A DNA stretch of 60,134 nt, taken from contig CAZDFQ010000005.1 in assembly GCA_964505005.1 (NCBI GenBank), positions 1 to 60,134 on the forward strand. The letters run 5' to 3'. Of the stretch, positions 49,547 through 58,129 are shown in pieces. Each line of letters starts with the position of its first letter. Position 1 is the stretch's first letter. The DNA comes from an uncultured Candidatus Saccharibacteria bacterium. Its GTDB lineage: Bacteria; Patescibacteriota; Minisyncoccia; UBA6257; 2-01-FULL-56-20. The notes beneath the pieces are model-generated. The model was not told the DNA's origin. It made no database searches and saw only the letters and a list, made by a program, of their open reading frames with translations. The position numbers were made by a program, and so were the translations under genes.

Positions 49547-50089
49547 TTAACCATTATCTTTCAAAATATTTTTTAACTCCTTAATGGCGCGGTGCTGCAT
49601 CAATTTGATTGCTCCTTCAGTTTTATCGACACTGGCTGCCACTTCTTTAAGCGGCAGATCCTCGATGAATCTCATAATGATGATGTCCTGATAATCCGGC
49701 TTGAGCTTTTTGATGGCTTTGGCAATCCGGTCAAGCTCGGAACGCTCCTCGATATTTTTTTCGCTGGCGCCGAGTTCCGAAAGGTAATCGGGGTCGAGGC
49801 CATCCAGAGGAATTTGCGGTTTTTTGGCGCGATAACAATCGATTACCTGATTCCGGGCAATTCGGTACAGCCAACTTGAAAAAGGGAAGCCCAAATTTTT
49901 GTAATTGGCAATGTTCTGCCAGGCATTGAGAAATACCTGATGAGTAAGGTCCTCGGCTTCCTCACGCTGACCCACCCTGATTAGAACGAACCGGTATATT
50001 TTCGGCTGATAATAATCGTAAAGCGAGCCAAAAGCCGAGGCCTTACCCTTGATGGCCATCTCAATCAGTTTGTTTTCGCCATCTAACAT
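49547..50089 (-). CDS. ECF RNA polymerase sigma factor
   Basis: AEDLTHQVF, FSSWLYRIARN, region-4 HTH. Confidence 0.93.
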   Translation of the reverse strand: MLDGENKLIEMAIKGKASAFGSLYDYYQPKIYRFVLIRVGQREEAEDLTHQVFLNAWQNIANYKNLGFPFSSWLYRIARNQVIDCYRAKKPQIPLDGLDPDYLSELGASEKNIEERSELDRIAKAIKKLKPDYQDIIIMRFIEDLPLKEVAASVDKTEGAIKLMQHRAIKELKNILKDNG

Positions 50090-50571
50090 AGAAAACGATT
50101 TAATAGCGGTTTAAGTTACAAAGAAGAAGATTAGATGCATCATTCGCCTGCATTCGTCCGCCCGCCTGGACTCCCGCCTGACTTCGAGAAGACGAAGTCC
50201 TGTCGGGCAGGTCGTCCATACGAAGTCGGGCAGGTAGATTCGCCTTGCTTCCAAGCCGTTTGACTATAATGCGAATGATTCGAATTATATGCGAATGCTA
50301 CGAATCTGATAATAACAAGGCAGAATTAAAAAATAAGGCATCAGGCCTTAAATAAAGCATAGCATTTTTATCCGAAAATAACAATCGGCATCCGAAAGCG
50401 TTTGACCTACCCGCCATTCGCTTGCGCCGAAGGCGCTGGCAGGCGGGCGAAGGCGCCCACCCGAATAAATTAATGTAAACATCTACATCTATTCAATCAG
50501 CCAAACCAAAATCCCGCACCTCTGCAGAGATACGGGGATTGGTTAATTCGTTCCTGGCAGATGCCTTCAAT

Positions 50572-51162
50572 CTAATCGTTCCCGCCCTGCTTCACTCGAA
50601 GTTGCTCCTGAAGTTGTCTTAACTGTTGGAGAAGTGACTCGATTTGTTGGCGCAGAGCGTCGATGCCTTGCTGTCTTAAAGAATCGTCTCTTATTTTTTC
50701 CGCGGTGATTAGACCGGAATTGGAATCAATTGTTCCCCAGACATCGATGACGTCTCCGGTTTTCATGTCGCTGAATGAGGACGAACCGCTGGCATTGGCA
50801 ATCACGCCGATGAGTTCAGTTGAACTCGTCAGGCCCACCGTCAGATTCAAACCGAATGATTTAAGCTGGAGCGATTGGCCGCTGTTGCTGAGAAGAGCAG
50901 CGTTCTGAATTCTGATGTCGCCTTGCGGCTTGATGCTGAGAAGCGGCTGATTGGAGGATTCATTCTCTAATTCATTTTCAACCTCCGCTGATTTATCAAG
51001 CCCGCTGTCGTTCTCGTTTTCCGTCTCGGCCTTGTTCCGCAATTCAGCAGCCTTGGCATTCGAATTATCCCGTTCAGCTCTGATTGTGGCGCCCCAGGGC
51101 CCGGCCACTGCCGTTATCCCTATCACCGCTATGGCGATAAGAAAAATTTTAGTTTTTGTCAT
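50572..51162 (-). CDS. secreted protein with OB-fold-like (DUF5666-like) domain
   Basis: signal peptide; DMKTGDVIDVWG...ITAEKIRD. Confidence 0.65.
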   Translation of the reverse strand: MTKTKIFLIAIAVIGITAVAGPWGATIRAERDNSNAKAAELRNKAETENENDSGLDKSAEVENELENESSNQPLLSIKPQGDIRIQNAALLSNSGQSLQLKSFGLNLTVGLTSSTELIGVIANASGSSSFSDMKTGDVIDVWGTIDSNSGLITAEKIRDDSLRQQGIDALRQQIESLLQQLRQLQEQLRVKQGGND

Positions 51163-51249
51163 ATAAGTATCCGAATGGCCTTAACGAATAGGCACATCCG
51201 GATCCAATTTTTGTTTTTTTGTCGACCTTTATTAATTTTCCACTCGTTT

Positions 51250-51801
51250 TTAACTCTTCATATTGCCAACTCCGCACTTAGAAACCAAAAAATCATTTAT
51301 TGCCCTAAACCCCTTCAGTTTGGGGGCCCAATGCGCTCCGTCTTCTGATAATGCTTTTTCAATTTCATCTTTACTCAGCCATTTGACTTTCTGGACCTCG
51401 CCGTCATTGAATTTCAAATCATTGATATCGCCTTTAAATATAAAGTAATGAACCCTGGTGAATTCCCGATTATCTCTATGGTCTCTTTTATACAGGTCTC
51501 CTTCGATTAAATCATTCATTGAAACTTCAATTCCGGTTTCATCCTTCACTTCACCTAAAGCCGCTTCGTCAAAAGTTTCGCCGCTTTTTAAATGGCCGCC
51601 AAAGCGGGTATCCCATTTATCCGGGTTTGAATCTTTATTCTTGGAACGCAGATGAACAAGGTATCTCCTTCTATCTTCATCTAAAAAATAGATATGAACG
51701 GTCCGGTGCCAGTCGCCGTCACGATGCGCTTCAGAACGCAATTTTTTTATCCCGAGCAACTGATTGTTTTCGCCAACAATGTCAAAATATTCTTCCGGCA
51801 T
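51250..51801 (-). CDS. NUDIX hydrolase (IDI-like)
   Basis: AHRDGDWH, GGH..SGE...EVKDETG. Confidence 0.88.
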   Translation of the reverse strand: MPEEYFDIVGENNQLLGIKKLRSEAHRDGDWHRTVHIYFLDEDRRRYLVHLRSKNKDSNPDKWDTRFGGHLKSGETFDEAALGEVKDETGIEVSMNDLIEGDLYKRDHRDNREFTRVHYFIFKGDINDLKFNDGEVQKVKWLSKDEIEKALSEDGAHWAPKLKGFRAINDFLVSKCGVGNMKS

Positions 51802-51821
51802 AGCGATTTTAGATTTTTATG

Positions 51822-51893
51822 AGCGGGTGAGGAGAGTCGAACTCCCTTCTCGATCTTGGCAAGATCGCATAATAGCCGTTATACGACACCCGC
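51822..51893 (-). tRNA. tRNA-Gly(GCC)
   Basis: GCGGGTG/CACCCGC acceptor; CGATC-TTGCCAA-GATCG anticodon arm. Confidence 0.95.
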
Positions 51894-52094
51894 CTTTCTA
51901 TATTCTATATTCTATATTCTGAATTCTCAACCCCCCACCTTTGCCGTGAAGTTCTAACTAAACAGAATACTGGTGCGGCCATCGCCTGCGGCTTTGCTTT
52001 TACTGGGTATTCAAAGTTTTTGCCGAAAAGGTGAGGAGTTAAAGTTTTCTTGATAAATTTTGTTCGTCTTCAACTTCAAAATTTATAGAAAATT

Positions 52095-52346
52095 TTAATA
52101 ATTCGGCGGCGGGCCCTGGGGGCCGATGATGCGTGGCTGGCCAGTTGGTCCGCGGAAACCAGGCGGCCCTGAACTCGTGGCATTAGGATTTTTCTGGCTG
52201 GAAGGTGTCTGATTCCTATTCAGTTCCGAGGGAGAGGCCGCTCCGCTGTTGTTGTTTAAATAAGCACCCTTGTTAAAGTCGCCAAGAAAATAAAAAAACA
52301 AAAAAGCCGCGATAATAAAAAGGCTTAAGATCACAACGAGTTTCAT
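52095..52346 (-). CDS. small membrane protein with Pro/Gly tail
   Basis: MKLVVILSLF TM helix, PPGFRGPTGQP tail. Confidence 0.6.
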   Translation of the reverse strand: MKLVVILSLFIIAAFLFFYFLGDFNKGAYLNNNSGAASPSELNRNQTPSSQKNPNATSSGPPGFRGPTGQPRIIGPQGPPPNY

Positions 52347-52629
52347 TTCGAAGGGTGCGGAATACTTGAAATAATTCAAACGCATTTCGCCGCCGCAAGC
52401 GGCGGCGAAACAGAAAGCTCCCGCCCCCGCGCGGCTCCGCCGCGCCAATAACAACTTCAAGTTTTTAATCGAGTTAATAATAACTCAATTTAGCAAATTT
52501 TTCAAACGAAATTATTTTGAAAAATTTGGTACTTTGGCGGCAAATTCTTTCGTTCTTTCAAATTCAAAAAAGAAATGGAGCCGATCCGCATTGCGAACCG
52601 GCTCCGTGTCGGGAGCGAGACCGAGAGCA

Positions 52630-53112
52630 TCACGTGAGAAGCCGTCGAACGGCGTCTTGAATCTGTTCGTCGAGGTGGATAGAGACATTCGGATCGCCAT
52701 CGTGTCCTGTGCCCGGGCAAGGGATGTTGAGGAAGTTCCTCCACCGAATGTACTTTCCCTGGTCGGCGACGTCGGCTCCGAACTGATCAATGAGCCACTG
52801 TCCGTACTTGCCGGAGTTCTTGGATAAACCGAAAGCGGCTTGAAGGTCTCCATCGTTGAACTGCGAGCGTCCGCGCACGCCTTCCTCGTAAGGTTTGCAC
52901 TGGACGACCTCCCAATCCACGAACCACCCTTTCGCGTCCGGATATACCGACGATGCCCTCCGAATCATGACCTTAGCCGCGCTTCCACTGATGACGAGGG
53001 TACGATTCTGCTCGTCGAGTTGCTCGACGCGCATCTTGTTGCCGTGGTGATGACACCAGATTGGAAAGTACCATCGAAAGGCCGGGTCTCGCCGCTGGAC
53101 TGCTGTTTTCAT
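52630..53112 (-). CDS. GC-rich hypothetical protein
   Basis: SD AAGGAGGTGATCC; downstream hairpin at about 52577-52605. Confidence 0.75.
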   Translation of the reverse strand: MKTAVQRRDPAFRWYFPIWCHHHGNKMRVEQLDEQNRTLVISGSAAKVMIRRASSVYPDAKGWFVDWEVVQCKPYEEGVRGRSQFNDGDLQAAFGLSKNSGKYGQWLIDQFGADVADQGKYIRWRNFLNIPCPGTGHDGDPNVSIHLDEQIQDAVRRLLT

Positions 53113-53355
53113 CGGATCACCTCCTTAAAGAGTTTTGGTTGATGTTTGTGTACCAATTATGAAATTACCACTAAACGCTAAAATAATCAAGTAAAAACAG
53201 AAAAGAAACTTATTGAGTTTCTTTTCTGAAAAATCTTTATGAAAAATCTCTTTTCGCAAAAACGAAACCGCCAACTGATTTTTTCGCCCAAAATTCCCTA
53301 CAATTTGGCCGCCGCGTGCGGTGGCTGTGCACAAAATGGCTTGCAATTTCCTTTC

Positions 53356-53430
53356 TGGTGCCCCCGGGAGGAATCGAACCCCCATTACGAGATCCGCAAT
53401 CTCGCGTCCTATCCATTGAACGACGAGGGC
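53356..53430 (-). tRNA. tRNA-Arg(GCG)
   Basis: CGAGA-TTGCGGA-TCTCG anticodon arm; encoded CCA. Confidence 0.93.
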
Positions 53431-53478
53431 GTTTCAACCACTGGAATTTTACTTGAAACAGGAGAATTGGACAAACCG

Positions 53479-53946
53479 CTAAAAGCCGAGGAATTTTTGC
53501 AGGTTATCGAGAAAGGAATCTTCAAATTCAGTTTTTTTGACGACGGCCGTCAATGCTTTTTCTATTTCGGCCGAACGACTGCGGGGAATTTTGATTTTCA
53601 ATAGCGGTTGGAATCGCCGCCGAAAACGGAAAATTAACTTCGACCATTCCTCGCTTTCTTCCTTTAACCCGAAAGCGTCCATTTCGCTTGAAGGGTAGAA
53701 TTTTTTTCCGGCAATGGTCAGCCCTTTTTCATCGAGCTTGAATTCTATGGTCGCCGGCTCCCGGTTGGCCCAGACCAAAATGAGAATTTCCGCCAGGATG
53801 ATGAAAATGACGAAAAGAAAATTTTTCTGCCAAATTGCCGCGCTTAAAAGAATAACCGCGATAATCACGCTCAGCCAGTACCAGGAAATATCTTTTTCGC
53901 GGTAATCAAATTCCGGCGCCTGCCATTTGATTTCGAATTTTGCCAT
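53479..53946 (-). CDS. two-TM hypothetical protein
   Basis: WQAPEF...WY plus two TM helices. Confidence 0.75.
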   Translation of the reverse strand: MAKFEIKWQAPEFDYREKDISWYWLSVIIAVILLSAAIWQKNFLFVIFIILAEILILVWANREPATIEFKLDEKGLTIAGKKFYPSSEMDAFGLKEESEEWSKLIFRFRRRFQPLLKIKIPRSRSAEIEKALTAVVKKTEFEDSFLDNLQKFLGF

Positions 53947-54121
53947 CAACCTCGATTTTATCAAAGCCGGGCGGAAAAGCAAAAGTATACTAAAATTCAG
54001 AAATGCATAAGATCTTAATTTCCAATTCCCAATTTTCAATTATCAATCAATGACTTAATTTTCTAATTTTCAATTAACACTTTCTATGTTTGAAAATTGA
54101 ACATTGGAAATTGATAATTAA

Positions 54122-54826
54122 TTAACCTTTTGCCGCCGCCAAGCAGATGATTTTTCGGGCGCCAGCTTGTTTAAGGCAAGTAGCCGCTTCAAAGAAAGTG
54201 GCTCCAGAAGTGGAGACGTCGTCGATTAAAATGAAATTTCTACCAGTAACCAATTCCGGCTCTTTTATCGAAAAGCAGTTTCTCGCATTCTCTTTTTTCT
54301 GGTCGTAATTTTTTATTTCACTCTGCGGCTTGGTGTTCCGGGTCCGGACCAAAATTTCCGGCTTCATCTCCAGATTGAAATGTCGGCTGAAAATTTCAGC
54401 CAGCAACAACGACTGGTTGAAGCCGCGCTGCCTGTGGCGCAACCGGCTTAACGGCACAGGCAAAACGACATAGCCGCTGACGGCCAAGGGAATGTTCCGG
54501 GCATAATTTATGAGAAGCGCTCCAAGCGGCCGGGCCGCTGATTTCAAAAAATTGAATTTAAGGCCCTGAACAAGATTTTTGACTGCTTCGTCCCGGTAAT
54601 CGGCTGCTGAACCTAAAATATAAGGAAAATCAAAATGGCAGATTTTTTTATTTTGAGGCAAGCGAGCTAAGCAGCGGCCGCAGAAAAGGGAATTGAAAAT
54701 TTTTATTTTAGAGAAACATTGTTCGCAGATGGCTTGGCCGCTTTCCACGTTTGTCCGGCAGTTGACGCAGACCGGCGGGAAAATCAAATCAAGAAGCCGG
54801 GAAAATATTGAAGCTAAAAGTGCCAT
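54122..54826 (-). CDS. comF: ComF family phosphoribosyltransferase
   Basis: double zinc-ribbon CxxC, RGFNQ, LIDDVSTSGAT. Confidence 0.93.
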   Translation of the reverse strand: MALLASIFSRLLDLIFPPVCVNCRTNVESGQAICEQCFSKIKIFNSLFCGRCLARLPQNKKICHFDFPYILGSAADYRDEAVKNLVQGLKFNFLKSAARPLGALLINYARNIPLAVSGYVVLPVPLSRLRHRQRGFNQSLLLAEIFSRHFNLEMKPEILVRTRNTKPQSEIKNYDQKKENARNCFSIKEPELVTGRNFILIDDVSTSGATFFEAATCLKQAGARKIICLAAAKG

Positions 54827-54942
54827 AGTTATCCACAATCGGCTAATGTCTTTATTCTATAATAATCTTAAATATCAATTATCAATAATTAGAAAGGTCG
54901 GTTAGACAACGATAAATCAAGAAATATTTTTCAGCGCATTCT

Positions 54943-55200
54943 ATGGACGGACAATTTTCATCGCCAGCAGCGGACAAATTCGAATTGGGAAAAAAGTGGT
55001 TCTGGCTCGGAATAGTCATCGCTTTTTTGAATGTGGTCGCGGGTTTAGTTTACGGCATTGCGGTAATGACCGAGGGCCGGCGCCGCGAAGGCCTGATTAT
55101 CGTCGGCTGGGCCATTGTCTGGATTTTAATCAGTTTCTTCCTTATCGGCCCCTGGCTGATTAAAAGCGGACTGCTGCCGAGATTCCAGATTATAAGGTAA
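54943..55200 (+). CDS. small membrane protein
   Basis: two hydrophobic segments. Confidence 0.65.
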   Translation: MDGQFSSPAADKFELGKKWFWLGIVIAFLNVVAGLVYGIAVMTEGRRREGLIIVGWAIVWILISFFLIGPWLIKSGLLPRFQIIR

Positions 55201-55224
55201 GAGGCCCTTCTTCCAGACCGATTT

Positions 55225-56619
55225 TCAGAACTTTACTTCTTCCCGAAGAACATTGAATCTCTGGTTTCCTTTTTTGTAGTCAACCGAACGCATCTCTCCG
55301 TCGGACAAGATGACGCCGGCGGAATCTTTGACTCCGCTTATGATAACCGGAAGCTCCAGAGAAACACTCTCGATTTTTCTGAAATTATTGGCGAGATAGA
55401 GATAGTGACCGATTCCCAATTCAACCCAGCGGTTGCTGCCGGGATTGATTATCATTTCGGCGCCGGCTTTTTTATATTCCCAGAGATCTTCCGGATAATA
55501 AATCTCGATGCAAATAGGCGCGGCCAAAAGAATTTTCCGGCCGTTTTTTTCAAAGCTCAAGAGATTTTTCTCGCCCCTGAAATAGGGATTGGCCGGATTA
55601 AAGACCGCATAATTTTTGAATCCCGGGCTGGTTTCGAGAGCCCAATTAAAAAAAAACGGATACCATTTGCCGAACGGCCAGTATTCGCCGATGAAGGTCA
55701 GCCGGTATTTGCTGCGGCTAGCCGCGACCCCGCCGCTTTCATTAAACAATAAATCGGAATTATATCTTTTGTTGTTCTGGAAAGTGTCGAAACTGGCAAT
55801 AACCGGCGTGTTCAAATTTTTTGCCAGGCCGCCACTGATGCTGAACATCTGGTTTTCTTCTGATGGCTGACCGCTGTAATCCAGCAAATCTTCGGGCAGA
55901 ATAATGAGGTCGCTTTTTTCTTTTTTCAATTCGTTCTCTAAAGCGCCTAAATCGGTCGAGCGGAAATTTTCATCGGCAGAAACAACGGCGACTTTAAGAG
56001 AATTAGTCAGTTTTTGATAGTTTGAATAATTTTTTTGGAGCTGGAGTTGGGAAAGTCCCCAGCCGGAAAACAGAATAACCGCCGTTAAAACTACGGGCCG
56101 GACAACCGATTTTTTATTGCCCTCTTTCAGTTTCAAAATAAAATAAGCGAGCAGTGCATTGATGACCGCTCCGAAGAAAATCAGCGAAGTTAAGCCGCCG
56201 AAGCCGGCCAAACCCACAAAAGCCGAGGCGCCGAAAGCATTGCCGAGCGTCATTACATAGGTTGGCAGAAAAGAATATCTCGCCTCCAAGATGTCCCAAA
56301 TCGTCCAAAGAAAAGGCAGAGTTGCGAGAATAATTTCCGGCCGCCTCGCGATTTTTTTCAGCAGAAAAACCGAAACCGGCAAGCCAAGAAAAATCAGCAC
56401 CGAAAAAAACCAGGTTATTGGTTCAAACGTGTAATAAACCACTCCCAGGGCGAAAGCCACCCGGAAAAGAGCGGCGCCAGCCAGCAGGCGCCAGAGTTTT
56501 TCCTCTTTCAAAAAAAACAGAAAAAGCGGGACCAGAAAAATAAAGCCGAAAAGATAAGAAAATTTGAAAGGCAGAAAAGCCAAAATCCCGAGAACCGCGG
56601 CTGAAGTCGGCAGAAACAT
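55225..56619 (-). CDS. lnt: apolipoprotein N-acyltransferase-like protein (CN hydrolase)
   Basis: N-terminal TM bundle; triad motifs ILPE, SKYRLTFIGEYWP, PICIE. Confidence 0.75.
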   Translation of the reverse strand: MFLPTSAAVLGILAFLPFKFSYLFGFIFLVPLFLFFLKEEKLWRLLAGAALFRVAFALGVVYYTFEPITWFFSVLIFLGLPVSVFLLKKIARRPEIILATLPFLWTIWDILEARYSFLPTYVMTLGNAFGASAFVGLAGFGGLTSLIFFGAVINALLAYFILKLKEGNKKSVVRPVVLTAVILFSGWGLSQLQLQKNYSNYQKLTNSLKVAVVSADENFRSTDLGALENELKKEKSDLIILPEDLLDYSGQPSEENQMFSISGGLAKNLNTPVIASFDTFQNNKRYNSDLLFNESGGVAASRSKYRLTFIGEYWPFGKWYPFFFNWALETSPGFKNYAVFNPANPYFRGEKNLLSFEKNGRKILLAAPICIEIYYPEDLWEYKKAGAEMIINPGSNRWVELGIGHYLYLANNFRKIESVSLELPVIISGVKDSAGVILSDGEMRSVDYKKGNQRFNVLREEVKF

Positions 56620-56854
56620 TTCTTGATTATAGCATTCGCAAGCGCGCCGCTCTTTAGGTGATTATTTTTTAATTGCGTGAATTGCCCCGCCCTTCCGGAC
56701 GGGGGCTTCTTATAATATAATTCAAGACTTTGTTCACTGTTATGCTACAGCATAACAGTGAATCTTATTTTCGTGTCCCTTCTGCAAATCTTACGCAAAA
56801 ACCGAGGAGAACCGGCGCCCTCCCCATTCATTACGTAGCTTTCCAAGCCCTCAA

Positions 56855-56881
56855 GGCGATGCCAAGGTATTGAACCATTAC
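56855..56881 (+). repeat. 27-bp direct repeat, copy 1
   Basis: GGCGATGCCAAGGTATTGAACCATTAC. Confidence 0.9.
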
Positions 56882-56995
56882 AATTTATTGATTTTTAAAG
56901 GGAAATATGTTTAATTTTAAACAGGTGTTTGATCGTTTAAGTGTTAGGTGCTGGTAACGGGATGAGCGGCTATGGCCGTAGAGGGGAGGGCAAAA

Positions 56996-57433
56996 ATGAA
57001 AGCGTTGTCGCTCGCGGTGCTCGCTGTTGTGCTGGCTGGTTGCTCGGTCTATATGGCCGCCAATCAGCCAGCGGCCAAGAACCTTGACCTGCTCAAAGTC
57101 GGGACGCCGCGGGCCGAGCTCATTGCCGAGTTCGGCCAGCCCGCTGTATCCGAAACAAAAAATGGAAGGCGGGTGGACACATTCTCCTTTGTGCAAGGAT
57201 ACAGTACCGGCGCCAAGGTGGGCCGGTCGCTGTTCCACGGCGTGGCCGATGTCTTCACGCTCGGTTTGTGGGAGGTGGTCGGCACTCCCACCGAGATGGT
57301 CTTCTCCGGCGACAAGGTCGCCTTTGAGGTGACCTATGACGCCGAGGACCTGGTTGCCGAGGTGAAGCAACTCGGCACCGCCAAGCCCAAGGAGAAGGCC
57401 TCTCCGTCGCCCGCTCCCTCGGGTTCGAAATAG
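56996..57433 (+). CDS. predicted lipoprotein (SmpA/OmlA-like fold)
   Basis: lipobox VLAG-C; VGTPRAELIAEFGQP; SD GGAGG. Confidence 0.8.
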   Translation: MKALSLAVLAVVLAGCSVYMAANQPAAKNLDLLKVGTPRAELIAEFGQPAVSETKNGRRVDTFSFVQGYSTGAKVGRSLFHGVADVFTLGLWEVVGTPTEMVFSGDKVAFEVTYDAEDLVAEVKQLGTAKPKEKASPSPAPSGSK

Positions 57434-57500
57434 CCCCTAGTCCCTGCCACGGCCCCGATTTCTCGCACCAGCAAGAAGTCGGGGCCGATTCATTATCTTG

Positions 57501-57527
57501 GGCGATGCCAAGGTATTGAACCATTAC
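57501..57527 (+). repeat. 27-bp direct repeat, copy 2
   Basis: identical to 56855-56881. Confidence 0.9.
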
Positions 57528-57663
57528 GCAAGGTTGACTTTTTGAAAATTATTGGTAAAATATAAAATAGTAAATTCGGGACCAGTGCGGTTCCGAGTGG
57601 ATTGCCAAAGACGCAATACGGACGAAAAGGATGCGGCCAACAATGGCCGCGAGGGAGGCTGCG

Positions 57664-57921
57664 ATGAAGAAGATGTTGTTCGTGGCGGTGGTCGGCCTGC
57701 TGGCGCTGGCGGCAGGGTGCGCGTTCACGCCTTGGGTGGGCATGGAACGGCCCCGGCTCGTTGCCGCGCTCGGGGAGCCCTGGACCATTGGGATCCAGGA
57801 TGTCTTCTTCGAGGGCGATACCGCCTACGTGGTCAGCTACGACGACCACGGCCGGGTGAAGACGTTTGAACGGCACCCGGTGGAGATGCGGGCCCTGCCG
57901 ACCGGGAGCGTTGCCCGCTAA
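57664..57921 (+). CDS. small predicted lipoprotein
   Basis: lipobox LAAG-C; VGMERPRLVAALGEP; SD GGAGG. Confidence 0.75.
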   Translation: MKKMLFVAVVGLLALAAGCAFTPWVGMERPRLVAALGEPWTIGIQDVFFEGDTAYVVSYDDHGRVKTFERHPVEMRALPTGSVAR

Positions 57922-58129
57922 CCTCATAGCGGACGACGCTCAGAAGATTCGAGGCTCGGTTGCTAATGCAGCCGGGCCTCCTCGCTTTTAATAAAATGAC
58001 TCAAAATTTGGATTTGACTTTTTTATAAAAAATTGCTATTGCTAAAATAGTAATTTTCGGTAACTATCATAGGTGAGAAGTTGATCTATAATAGCTCGCG
58101 GCTGATAAGCCGCAAGAGGAGGGCTCGAG

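Noticed and set aside
56855-56881. 27-mer as a tRNA-derived att site (rc contains GGTTCAATACC)
   Set aside because: The T-stem does not pair and there is no exact match to the tRNAs in this window
56855-57527. CRISPR array
   Set aside because: Only two repeats, 646 bp apart and enclosing a gene; no cas genes
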